Shown here: positions 25,581 through 38,360 of the stretch, in pieces
Position numbering within the stretch: position 1 is the first letter of the stretch
How the letters are laid out: each line of letters opens with the position of its first letter
Source: Mobula hypostoma
Taxonomy: Eukaryota
Direction of reading: 5' to 3'
NCBI RefSeq assembly: GCF_963921235.1
Contig: NC_086108.1
Location: 11,036,001-11,100,000 of the forward strand
DNA length: 64,000 nt
The notes under the pieces: generated by a model
Databases searched by the model: none
Told to the model about the DNA's origin: nothing
The model's input: the letters and a program-made list of their open reading frames with translations, nothing else
Position numbers and translations under genes: made by a program

Positions 25581-27799
25581 AGAGTGACACAACCAGATAG
25601 AGCGCTCTCCATCACACTCCTCGGAAACCTGCTAAAGTCTTTGGTGTGCTACAAGTCTGCTCTCACCAGGTAGCACAAGGGAGTCAGGCCACGACAGGAA
25701 TGACACACAGAAGATGTTTATTAAATTAAAGTTGAGGTAAAGGAGAGAAGTGTAACATGTGGTGTGGTAGTGCTGGCTGCAGAATGGGAGAGGGAATTTC
25801 TGCTTTAGGCTTAGTAAGGCATGTGAGCTGGCTGGGGAGAGCTTGAAACCAGCCCAGGAAAAGGTGAAAACCTGGTACGATCGGATGGCTAGGCACAGAG
25901 TGTTATGTCCACGGGACCAGGTTCTTGTCCTGCTGCCACTGCCTGGCTCTGTGTGACTACTTAGTAAAGACTCCAGATCGTAAGTATAAGATGCGTCTGA
26001 GCCACGTTAGCCTTTTAAAGCCCGGCAATGACCAGAAACACACTGTGTCCACACAGATTAACCCTGTGGCTGTACTGAAGTCTCCATCTGCAGGTGATGA
26101 GGGAAGTGATAGCGCCATTTCTAAAGAGATTCCGAAAGGCAGGTTGCCAAATTCCAAAATCCTGGCTGATTTGGACACTCACCTGTCTTAACTAAACCCC
26201 CCTGAGCACTCTGACATCATTCAGGTAATCAATCAGAATATTTCCCTCCTCTCTGATATTCCAACCAGTACTGATGTACTTCAGGATGATATTGATGTGG
26301 GTAATGTTGCCCATATCAAACAACATCCATACAGGGTAAACTCTGCTAACATTAGCTTCTGCATAAGGAAGTAAACTACATGTTGGAAGATGGCATGGTT
26401 GAACCCAGCTCATGTCCCTAGAGTTCCCCTGGTTTAGTACATTTTCCAGATGGTTTAGTACATTGTTGCACAGCCTTTCACAAGATAAACTCTATAACCA
26501 AGCCTGAATCCTACCCTCTACCTCATCTGGAAGATTGTATTGGCTCCGCATCCTTTGACACTAAGCTACGTCTCTTAGTGGGCTATTGGAAGACACCATC
26601 AACCCGGCAAGCCTGTGAGATTTCTGCTTTTGTGACTCCTGATGCCAGTACAAGGTCATGGCTTTTGGAATGAAGGATGGCCCAGCAACCTGGGTAAAGT
26701 TGTAGCCGGGGTAAAGTCTACCCTACTGGGGCTAAAATTGAGGTCACTGTGAACGTTGGTGTGCCAGAATCCCAGATGAGCCCCCATGGTGTTACAATCA
26801 TTATGTTACAACCTCGGCTCTCATGAAGTAACATAAAGAAGTCAGGCCACAACAAGAATTACACACAAAAGATATTTATTAAATGTAACCAGGTGACTAT
26901 TGAATATCACTTTTATTGTTTAAGTGCACTTATGTATTCGCCTTGGTAATGCTGAAATAGCTGCCTGTGCCTTTAAGAGAAAACGGTGATGTCATTTTGC
27001 ACGGGTGGAGTAGAACAAAGAGTTGCCGTGTTCTAGAAAGGACGACTTTTGAAAGCTTTTCCCAGGTTTGGTGCGGAAAGCTGAGTAATATTTGATAATA
27101 TCCATGTAAATTCATTTATACTTGTTTGTAATTCTAGAATATCAGTAATTTGACGTGTTTTACATGTGAATGCTTTAGATTTTCGCAAGTAAATTGATCA
27201 GTGCTGGATAGTGTGATTGCGAAGTTCCTTAATTGGCCTACTAGGTTAATATTTCTAGTAATTCAGCTACAAGGCAATATATTGTAAAAGTTTATTTGTC
27301 TTTCTTTATTGTTTCATGACCGAATGTGAATGTAACAGTGTAATGTGAATGTGTTAATCGCGGTTCACGTAGCGTGAGCGAGGAGAACTCATTTCAGAAT
27401 CTAGCCAACATGTGTTTGGAAGTTAAGCACGTGTGTGCCAAATATGAGTATATCTCTTAGTTGAGATGAGAGGTATTTATTCATTTTTTCGATGTTGTGT
27501 ATAAGGTACAAGATTGGTGGGATTCTAACTTTGTTTGTATTGTTTTTTCAGTTTTGCCACTACGGTATCGGTTTTGTATATTGTGTTTTAGTTATTTTCA
27601 TACTGCATACGTAACAAGGGTGTGGTCTGAAGTTAAACAGAGATTGTAATAGCGGGAACTGTTCTTTAAAAATTTATTTTGTCGTTTTTATCTTGATACC
27701 CTCTTTCTGCATTAAAACATCTGAAACAGATAAAAGAATTTAAGACCCGAAAAAGTATTTGTTGTCCTGCGTGTGTGTTTTTCCCCAGGCTACAAAATG

Positions 27800-27815
27800 T
27801 GGTACCAGGAGTGGG
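27800..27815 (+). promoter_or_regulatory. Primer-binding site of Gypsy A, complementary to tRNA-Leu(UAA)
   Basis: TGGTACCAGGAGTGGG, 5 nt after the 5' LTR, is the reverse complement of the vertebrate tRNA-Leu-TAA 3' end as I recall it. Confidence 0.8.
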
Positions 27816-30800
27816 ATAACTCCAAGCCAGTTTAGAGGATTTTTGATTTTTGTGTGCAGAACAATATACAATACATTATACGGCAGTGGTGAAGAACAAG
27901 ACAGGCGCGCCTGTGGGACGGAAGGAGAGCCGGTTATCGCACGAAGACTGTGGAAGGGTCTTGAGACCGGGCTGGGACATCGGGACTGACACCAGGATGT
28001 CGAACTGTGACGGTGATCCAGATCAACTGCGGCCGTGAAGTCATCGTGTTTTCTGCAAGAGACATCAGCAACCCCTTTCCCAGGCTTCTTGTAGAGACTT
28101 TAAAGACTTGAGTTTTCAAAATGTTACACACAGAGAATGAACAAACTGAACCTGATTTGAATGAACAAATTAGAGAGTCGCGTAGTAGGCATGAGGAAAC
28201 CATGGCAACTGTAGATAAATTAAGCAATGTATGTTCCAAGGGAAAGACACATTGCTCCATTTACAGGGGATGTTGAGAAAGATGGGAGGTCTGTTGATGA
28301 CTTTATTGAAGAACTGTAGAAGTCAGTCTGACCAGGATCAGTATGATTTTGTTATGTCAGTGCTCAGGGGTGCAGCATTAGAGGAAGCACGTATGAGCAG
28401 CGATGCTGAGGAAGATCAGGCTGATGATTTGTTCACCTATTTCAGGGAAGCTTTTAGTGACAATCATAGTACACCCCAGCTGTTGCATAGCTTCTAAAGT
28501 CACAAACAGCGTCAGGGTGAAGACATGAGAGAGTTTTCACATGCCCGTAGCCCAAGCTCTTAAACTGCTACTGAAGCATTCTCCTGATGCTTTGGCCAAT
28601 AAGAGGGTGGTGCCCAGGGATCAATTTGTAGAGGGCATCAGAGATCCTTCCCTTTAGAAGGAAGCTCCACCGATTTATGCGGAACAACCCCGAGTCCTCA
28701 GTGATAGAAGTGTGAGAGGAGGCTCGTCTGTGGTTTTCAGAAGAGTGTAAAGTCAAAGTAGCAGTAGTCAGGCACAGTGCTCAACCCTTAAAGCTCAGGG
28801 ATCTAAGTCTGTCACTCTAGAAGATGTCCTTAAAGTAGTTACAGAGCAGGGCAAAACCATTAGTGAGTTGACTCAAGCAATGAAAGATCTTGCCAGACAG
28901 AGAGGTGTTACACATGCAGTAGACCTAAGTTACAGCCTAGATTCACAAAGTTGCAAAGAATTGACCACAGAAGCAAAGTGCAAAAGATGTACAGCCTGAA
29001 TCCTCCAGCCCTCAGGTTGTTGTGAATTGGGCAATTCGGGGGAACCTCATAGACTCAGGTAATGCACAGCCATCCTGTGACCGTGTGCCGCAACATGCTG
29101 TAGGAACATGTCCTGATGTTGAGCTTAAGATATAAGGTGTCGCTGTCCATTGTTTGTTAGACACTGGCAGTCAAGTGAGCACCATGACTGAGCAGTTCTC
29201 TCGAGAACACTTGAATGGAGAGGGTGAGGATATGTTGTCCACTGCTTGTTGCCTTAGGTTAACAGCTACTAACGGTCTTGATATTCCTTACCTTGGGTAT
29301 CTGGAGCTAGAGGTTCAAGTAATGGGCATGAAGATTCCCAACTCTGACTTTCTAGTAGTCAGAGATCCTACTAGCACTGAACAACCTGTACCATGCATTG
29401 AAGGCATGAACATTATCAGCCAAAGTAGACAACTTGTCTACTCTGAATTTGACACAACCCTTGAAGGAAAGTTCGATTCTGATTGGAGAGATGTTTTCCA
29501 GAAAGTGCAGATGCGCGCTACTGGAAAGCAAGTCATAGTCCGAGTATAAAGAAAAGATACTGAGCACATACCTGTTGAATCTGTAGTTACCATTGTGGCT
29601 AGGAAGCCCCCTGGAGATGCTGGTACTGACCATAAGATGTTTCTTGAGCCACTGAACACCCGTCTACCGGGTGGTCTTGTAGCTATTCCCATGCCTATTG
29701 ACTCTTGTTGTCATACAATGCCAGTATAGGTTTTAAACCTCTCTCTCACCTAGGACCTGGCTGGGTATACTATCAAAGGTAGAATGCGTAGATAGTGATC
29801 AGCAATGTGCTGTAAGATTTCAGTGCATCTCAGCTGGCATTGAACAAGTGACAGCTGGTGTAAAGGAGGAGGGTAGTAACCCCAAGTTAAAGTAAATTCT
29901 AGCGAAATTCGACATTAGGGGTAGTGAAGAACAACAAGCTCAGAGAAGAGCTTTACTGACTAAGTACCTGGATATCTCTGCAGTCAAAGATGAAGACCTT
30001 GGGTACACTGACAAGGTCAAGCATGAATTTCATTTAATTTATGACGAGCCTGTTTCACAGCCATACCATCACATTCTGCCAAATCAATACAGTGAAGTGA
30101 AAAAGCACATCTCAAAGTTGTCAAAGAGGGGTGTGATTCAGGAGAGCAATAGTGCGTATGCCTCGCCAGTAGTGTTGGTACAGAAGGCTGATGGTAGCAT
30201 AAGACTGCGTAGGTTATCGCAGACTGAATCTTAAGACTAAAAAGGATGCATTCCCACTCCCACGTATTGATGAGAGTTTTGATGCTCTGCGGGGAGCGCA
30301 GTTTTTCTCAGTGAAAGATCTTGCGAGTGGTTATCGCCAAGTGGAGGTAGAGGAGCGTGATAGGCATAAGACTGCTATTTCGACCCCATTTGGTCTGTAT
30401 GAATATCTTTGCAGGCCATTTGGAGTCTGCAATGGGCTGGCAACTTTTCAAAGACTCATGCAGGCAACCATGAATGATTAAGATACACCAGTAAGTTATG
30501 CTGGTGTAGCTGGATGATATTTTGGTATATTCACCGACTTTCTAGAAACACTTGTAGAGGCTTGACACTGTGCTTCAGCATCTCAAAGAAATGGGTCTGA
30601 AGGTGAAATTGGAAAAATGTCATTTTCTGCAGTCAGAGGTAAAGTTCTTAGGACACCAGATATCAGCCAAGGGATAGACACAGATCCTAAGTAGGTCTCG
30701 GCTGTTCAGCAATGGCCAGTACCATCTACAGTCAAAGATTTAAGATCATTTCTTGGCTTTTGTAGTTATTATAGACCGTTCATTCAGGGATTCTCAAAGA

Positions 30801-31295
30801 TTGCATGTCCACTGCATGGTGTAGTGAATTTGTGTCTTAGTGCAGGGAGTTTTAGAAAATAAACCAGCTGTTAAAACAGTCTTGGACAGAAGAATGTCAA
30901 ACTGCCTTTGACTTGCTCAAAGAGAAACTGACCAGTTCACCTATCCCTGGCTTTGCTGATTTCACACAGCCTTTCATAGCGGAGACCGATGCAAGCAGTT
31001 GTGGACTAGGAGCTGTTTTATACCAGCAATGGAGAGACAAAGAGAGTTACTGAGTATGCAAGCTGATGATTGAGAAATGCTGAAAAGAATGATAGGATAT
31101 ATAGCAGCATGGAATTAGAGCTGCTTGCACTTAAGTGGGCTATAGTAGAGAAGTTTTGTGGTTACTTATTGGGTTCCAAATTCAAACTGATAATAATCTG
31201 TTATCCCACTTGAAAACTGCCACGTTGGGAGCAATTGAGCAGAGACGGATCTCATAGCTGTCAGTGTTTGACTTTGATGTTTAGTATCGTCCAGG

Positions 31296-32003
31296 TGTCA
31301 CGATTTTGTAACGTACCAGCAGTAAGAGATGACAGATTGAGTCAGGTTTTAATATTAAAACCACTATATTTATTTACATCTACTCAAAAATGTAGAAAAT
31401 TAAATAAACTACTTTCTTAAACAGAAGTTAATAGTGTTATGCGTCTAAAGCTCCCAAACAGTCAAACTTAGAACCCGTTCTTAACAGATCTTACTCAAGC
31501 ACAGTCTTAACGTGGCAGTTCAGTGAGTCCCAGTAATTCACGAAATAGGTGAGAGGAGAGACTTGTGGATTCACACTGCAGCGACGAGGCGATCATGACG
31601 AATTCCAAAGATTCCACAGCTAGCAAACGAAGAAACGGTTACCAAAGATCCCAGCCAAGGAATACTGTTCTGACGTCAACAAAAAGCAATTTCACAAAGT
31701 GACTGTCACAAAATCCACATCCATGGATCATACGAAGGACAGACACATCTCCACAATGCACAGTGTGCTGCTGATTAACCCAAATCTGTGGGTCTGGATA
31801 AGCATTAGACTTTACCCTTCTCGATTGTGAGCTGTTCCCGGATAGCTCGAAGCCTGCGATCTTCACTCGCTCTCTCTTTCCTTCGGCTCCCTTCTCAGCA
31901 AAACGTCCACATTTCTTTTATACCGTCGCCATACGTCATAAGGTAACGCTCACAGAAACGAAACTGTGGACTCAAAGTAAAACAAAACTGTGGACGCGTA
32001 ACA
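31296..32003 (-). mobile_element. Solo LTR inserted in the RNase H/INT junction of Gypsy A
   Basis: TGTCACG...CGTAACA; TSD CAGG at 31292-31295 and 32004-32007; removing it restores YRPGRSNTVADVLSR. Confidence 0.92.
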
Positions 32004-33890
32004 CAGGTCGGAGCAATACTGTGGCTGATGTTCTCTCTAGGCAGCCATTTGCAGGGGAGACTGAGCCTGTCTCAGAGGGTGCTGAGTTTGACAGGTCTGT
32101 GGTGATTAGTAGTCTGATCATTTGCGGCCCTGCTCTTGACCTGGCACTGGTTACAGCTGGTCTTAAAGGCCGTAAGGTTAAGCAAATTCGAGCTCCTGAA
32201 GCTGATACTAGTGATGTAAGTGGGCTGATGCAGGGAAACACCCCAACCTTCCCGGGTTATTCAACTGGGGATTTGCACGCTTTTCAGCAACAAGACCCTG
32301 TGTTAAGTGTCTTCAGAAACTTATGGGACTGAAAAGTAAAGTTGAATGGCAAGCAACATAGAGCTCTGCCTAAACTGGTTTTGTCTCTGTTAAAGCACTG
32401 GGACAAGATCAGGGAGCGTAAGGGGTTACTGTAACATGTAATTGATGAGAAGCACGGTGAGTGTTACCAGCTTCTGCTGCCTACCTGCTTCAGTAAAGCG
32501 TTATGGTTGGTACATGACTATGGGCCTTCACGGCATAGGGCATACTTTGCACTTGTTGAGAAGCAGATGTTTTTGGGTGGGCATGCACGAGGATGGGGTA
32601 CAGTGGATCAAAAATTGTCCACCTTGTGTTTTAACTAAAATGCCACCCCCTAAGATCCATCCTCCGCCCCCCCCCCACCCCATAAAATCATTTCATGCTT
32701 CTAGGCTGCTGGAAGTTGTTGCTGTAGATTTCACTGTGCTTGAGCTGGCAGCTGATGAACATGAAAATGCCTTAGTAGTCACAGACGTTTTTACAAAATT
32801 TACCCAAGCATTCCCTACTTGGGATCAAAAGGCAGATACCACAGCAAAGGTGCTCTTGAGGGAATGGTTCATGAAGTACGGTGTTCCTGAGAGGTTGCAT
32901 TCTGACCAGGGCCGCAACTTTGGAAGTGAGGTCATAACTGAGCTTTGCAAACTGTATGGGGTAAAGAAAAGTCATACTACACCCCATCATCCTGCTGGCA
33001 ATGCTCAGTGTGAGCGTCCCAACAGGACGATGCGTGATTTGTTGCGTACGTTGCCTCTGGAAAAGAAACGCAGGTGGCCAGAGCATCTACCCGAGTTAGT
33101 GTATGTGACGCCTCATGCAACCGCCAGATATTCCCCTTATTACCCACTGTTTGGTGTGGATCCCCGCTTGCCAGTGGATGCTCTGCTGGGGCGAGAACAG
33201 CCTGTGAACAGGAATTGTGACGGGTTAGCCACACACCAGAAACGACTGAGTGATGCCCATGCCAGAGTGAAAGAGTACTCTGAGCAGAAGGCTGCAGAAC
33301 ACATTGCCTCACAGGAGGATAAAATTCATTGTCCCCAGATTGACGTAAATGCACTGGTTTACCTCAGGAATAGGCTATTAGGGTGTAATAAGGCCCAGGA
33401 TGCTTGGAAATCAGCTGTCTACAGGGTGGTGGAGGTGCTAGACAACACATACCCTGTAGAACCTTTGGAGGGAGGGCTGATCAAGAGGGTGAACAGGGTA
33501 GACATCAGGCCCTGAGAGACCCTTCCCACCCCAGCTCCTCAGAGGAGACTGCAAACTCCTGTAATTCAGGGTAGTCCTTCCCTGGGACATGAATCAGATT
33601 CTGAGGATTCAGAGAATGGTGTGATATTGGGAGAAGATGTGTCAGAACAGGGTGTACACTAGCCTTGACAACATAACTTCTGGAACTGAGACCACAGCGC
33701 CTGTGACAGCTGATACAGGGTCAGATGTTGGTCGTCTTCCTGTTGCAGCACCCCGCAGGAGTAAAAGAGTAAATGCTGGACGGCATTCTAACCCACATCA
33801 GGAACCAAGGTCAGTCCTAGATGTGGCCTCCAGTGTCACAGATACTGGCCAGTCTAAGTTCAGTTCTATTCAGAGAAGTGGTTAAAGAGG

Positions 33891-36800
33891 TGTGGTAAAC
33901 CATGTATATATATTGTAACTGGGTTACCTGTCTGGACACACCCCTCTGCTGACTGCCCCTGTGGCTCCTCCCACAGAGTCCTGTATAAAGGTGTTCGCCT
34001 TGCCCCTCCCCCTCAGTCCGGGGGCAGACACTCACTGTGGAGGTCGTATTGTACAGCGAATAAAAGCCTTTCAGTATTTTACCAAGCCTCAGTCTTTTGA
34101 ATTTATTGAAGGTGCTTCAATTTTATTCGCTGTACATCTTAAAGCATGGAACATGCACTGAGACCAGACAAATTAGACCTGGATCTGCAGACACCTGAAG
34201 CTGGAAATGCTTTCGATCTCTAGCTGGCTTGCTTCAAAGCGTATCTAGAGGAGATTAAAGCGACCGACCCCGTAGCGAAGTGCAGAGTTCTACTCTCCAG
34301 GGTCAGTCCACGGGTCTATTCGCTGATCAGAGACCAGCCGAGCTATGATGTCGCGATGAGCACCCTCAAAAGACAATACCTGTGGCCGATAAACGCTGTC
34401 TATGCTCGGCACCGATTAGCGACTCGGCACCAGCAGTCTGGGGAATCGAGTGCTAAGTTTGTCCAGACACTACAGACACTCGCGCGAGCCTGCAATTGCC
34501 AGGAGCTGACGGCAGTGCAGCACGCAGAGCTCCTAGTGAGGGATGCCTTCGTCACGGGGACCAGGTCAGTGTACGTGCGCCAGCGGCTGTTGGAAAAAGC
34601 CGATCTTACTTTAAGTTCGGCAATAGAGCTGGCCAACACGCTGGAGGCCGCTGTGCATAACTCCGAGGCTCTCCAGGCACGCGATCCCCCAATGACCTCA
34701 TGGGCGCTGCAGACCCCGCAACCCGCCGGCAAATCGACCTCGGCTGCCGCCAGTTGCAAGACCCCGCAACCCGCCGGCGAATTGACCTCGGCTGCTGCCA
34801 GTCGCGAGTCCGCGAAGTGCTACTTCTGCGGACTGGAGAAGACCCCCCGGAAACGCTGCCCGGCCCGACAAGCTACCTGCTCCAGCTGCGGAAAGAAGGG
34901 CCACTTCGCCAAGGCCTGAAAGTCAAAACCGCGAGCGGGATCGAGCAGCGCCGCATGCGAGACATGGGGGTCGCCATCTTCCTTGCACACTGCCACCACG
35001 TGCGAGACATGGGGGCAGTCATCTTGGTCAGCGCCACCTCCTACCGCCTACGACCAACGGGTGCTCACGGGGCGCCCCACCACGCCAGACCAAGACAGCG
35101 ACCCAACCCTGGCGTCTGTGACCCTCGACCAAAGCGCACACCACCAGCTCGCAAGGTCAATGATGGACATCCTGGTGGAGGGGCACAGGACAAGCTGCCT
35201 GTTTGACACAGGCAGCACGGAGAGTTTTATCCACCCGGCCACGGTGCAGCATTGTGGACTCATGATACGGCCGGTAAGTCAGAGGGTTGCCATGGCTTCT
35301 GGGTCGCATACAACAGACATCCGGGGGGGTTGTGTAGCGACACTAGTGGTGCAGGGCACAGAATATCGAGACTTTACGTTACTAGTCTTGCCTCAACTGT
35401 GTGCCCCTGTGCTGTTGGGGCTCGACTTCCAGAGCCACCTGAAAAGCGTGACAATGAAGTATGATGGGACCCTCCCGCCAATTACTGTCATAAATCACCA
35501 GTTTTGTAGGGACACGTCACATACCCCGCTACTGACCACACACACATGCCGACCTGCACATCCCACCCAACACCATGCCAACTGCCACACTACCGATGCC
35601 ATTTGCAGCCTCTCCACCCTCAGGATCCCTTCCCCACCGCTGTTCGCCAACCTGACCCCCGACTGTAAACCCGTGACAACTAAAAGCAGGAGGTACAGCG
35701 CGGGGGACAGAGCTTTCATTAAGTCGGAGGTGCAGCGGCTGCTCAGGGAGGGGGTCATTGAGGGAAGCACAAGTCCTTGGAGGGCACAGGTGGTGGTTGT
35801 TTGGAACGGGGAGAAGAATAGGATGGTCGTGGACTATAGCCAAACCAATAGGTTCACGCAGCTCGGTGCGTACCCTCTACCCCGCATCGTGGATATGGCC
35901 AATCAGATAGCACAGTACAAGGTGTACGCGACCATAGACCTAAAATCCACTTACCATCAGCTCCCCATCCACCGGGAGGACCGCCCTTACACCGCCTTCG
36001 AGGCGGACGGCAGGCTTTATCAATTCCTGCGCATCCCCTTCGGTGTCACGAGTGGTGTATCTGTCTTCCAGAGGGCGATGGACCGGATGGTGGACCAGTG
36101 CCAACTGAAGCAACGTTCCCATATCTGGATAACATCACCATCTGCAGTCACGACCGGCAGGATCACGACAACAACCTCCAAAAATTTCTCCAAGTGGCCA
36201 AAGCTTTCAATCTCACCTATAACAAGGACAAGTGTGTGTTCAGAACCACCGGACTTGCTATCCTTGGGTGTGTCATGGAGAACGGAGTCATTGGCCCTGA
36301 CCCCGACCGTATGTGCCCCCTGTTGGAACTCCCTCTTCCCAATACCCTCAGAGCCCTCAAAAGGTGCCTGGGCTTCTTTTCATATTACGCCCAATGGGTC
36401 TCTAACTACGCAGACAAGGCCCGCCCCCTGGTTAAGTCCACCACATTCCCCCTCTCTGCCGAGGCCCACGCGGCCTTCAGCCGCATAAAAGGGGACATTG
36501 CCAAAGCAGCAATGCATGCGGTGGATGAGGCCATTCCCTTCCAAGTAGAGAGTGACGCCTCCGACTTTGCGCTGGCTGCTACCCTCAACCAGGCAGGAGA
36601 CCAGTGGCGTTCTTCTCCCGTACCCTTCAAGGCCCTGAACTTCAGCGCTCCGTGGTGGAGAAAGAGGCCCAGGCCATAGTGGAAGCTATTAGGCACTGGA
36701 GGCACTATCTCGCCGGCAAAAGGTTCACCCTGCTAACTGACCAGCGCTCAGTCGCATTCACGTTTAGTAACCAACAGCGGGGCAAAATGAAAAACGATAA

Positions 36801-38360
36801 AATTCTAAGGTGGAGAATCAAACTCTCCACCTACAACTATGACATCATGTACAGGCCTGGGAAGCTCAACAAGCCCTCCGATGCCCTATCCCGGGGAACA
36901 TGCACCAGCGCGCAGATCGACCTGCTATACGCCCTACATGTAGACCTTTGCCACCCGGGGGTCACCCGGCTTTTCCACTTCGTGAAAGCCCGGAACCTGC
37001 CTTACTCCCTTGAGGAGATCAGGATGATGACCAGGGACTGCCAAGTCTGCGCAGAGTGCAAACCGCACTTCTACCGACCCGAAAAGGCACCACTCATCAA
37101 GGCCACCCGCCCCTTTGAGCAACTGAGTGTTGACTTTAAGGGCCCCCTTCCCTCCACCGACCGCAATGTGTACTTTCTTAATGTTATCGACTAGTACTCG
37201 CAGTTCCCCTTCTCCATCCTCTACTCCGATACCACTACCACTTCAGTTATAAAAGCCCTGCACAAGCTCTTCACTCTGTTCGGATACCCATGCTATATCC
37301 ACAGTGACAGAGGGTCCTCGTTTATGAGTGACGAGCTGTGCCAATACCTGCTGGCTCGGGGTATTGCAACTAGTAGGACCACGAGCTATAATCCCTGGGG
37401 GGAATGGACAGGTGGAGAAGGAGAATGCCACGGTATGGAAAGCCACACACTTAGCCCTCAGGTCAAAGGGACTGCCGGTCTCCCGCTGGCAGGAGGTCCT
37501 TCCCGAGGCACTCCACTCCATCCGCTCCCTGTTATGCACAGCCACCAATGCCACCCCTCATGAGCGGCTCTTTTCTTTTCCCAGAAAACCGACCACTGGA
37601 ACCACCCTACCAACTTGGCTGACGTCCCCGGGGCCAGTGCTGCTTCGGAAACATGTGAAGAGCCATAAATACTCCCCGATGGTCGAGAGGGTTCACTTAC
37701 TTCATGCGAACCCCCAGTATGCCTACGTGGTTTTACCTGATGGGCGGGAGGACACGGTCTCCATCCGCGACCTGGCGCCTGCAGGAGCTCCAGGCCCCTA
37801 CCCTGAACAATCCGTGGTGACTATAGACCCTGTACCCACTGATGTATGTACCCACGAGACACCGTGCACCCCAAACCCTATACAGACACCACACGACACT
37901 CCCATACTGGGCGCGACGCACACGCCCATTAGCAACGCCTAACGTGCTGACACCTCAAGTCAGGCCGGAGCCAGCACAACCGCCGTCGCTGATGCAATCA
38001 CCACCGGTGCTACGTAGATCACAGTGACAGACTAGACCGCCTGATAGACTTGACCTGTAAATATACTTGTTTTAAATATTGTCAGTCACTTCACCCTGCT
38101 GGACTCTTTTTTTAAAAAAAGGAGGGGTGAATGTGGTAAACCATGTATATATGTTGTAACTGGGTTGCCTGTCTGGACACACCCCTCTGCTGACTGCCCC
38201 TGTGGCTCCTCCCACAGAGTCCTGTATAAAGGTGTTCGCCTTGCCCCTCCCCCTCAGTCCGGGGACAGACACTCACCGTGGAGGTCGTATTGTACAGCGA
38301 ATAAAAGCTTTTCAGTATTTTACCAAACCTCAGTCTTTTGGAGTTATTGAAGGTGCTTCA
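33891..38360 (+). mobile_element. Gypsy B: young full-length LTR retrotransposon (Mag-like gag with two zinc knuckles)
   Basis: 229-bp LTRs at 33891-34119 and 38132-38360 with about 8 differences by eye; 5-bp TSD AGAGG; PPT AAAAAAAGGAGGGG. Confidence 0.97.
34146..37942 (+). pseudogene. Single gag-pol ORF of Gypsy B with a few stops and frameshifts
   Basis: ATG at 34146; CYFC..C and CSSC..GH knuckles; LFDTGSTESF protease; YPLPRI and YLDN RT; ESDAS RNase H; CHPG..CQVC and HSDRGSSF integrase. Confidence 0.92.

Noticed and set aside
32442..33515. 357-aa integrase ORF as a domesticated gene
   Set aside because: Lies inside LTR-bounded Gypsy A, whose other domains are full of stops and frameshifts
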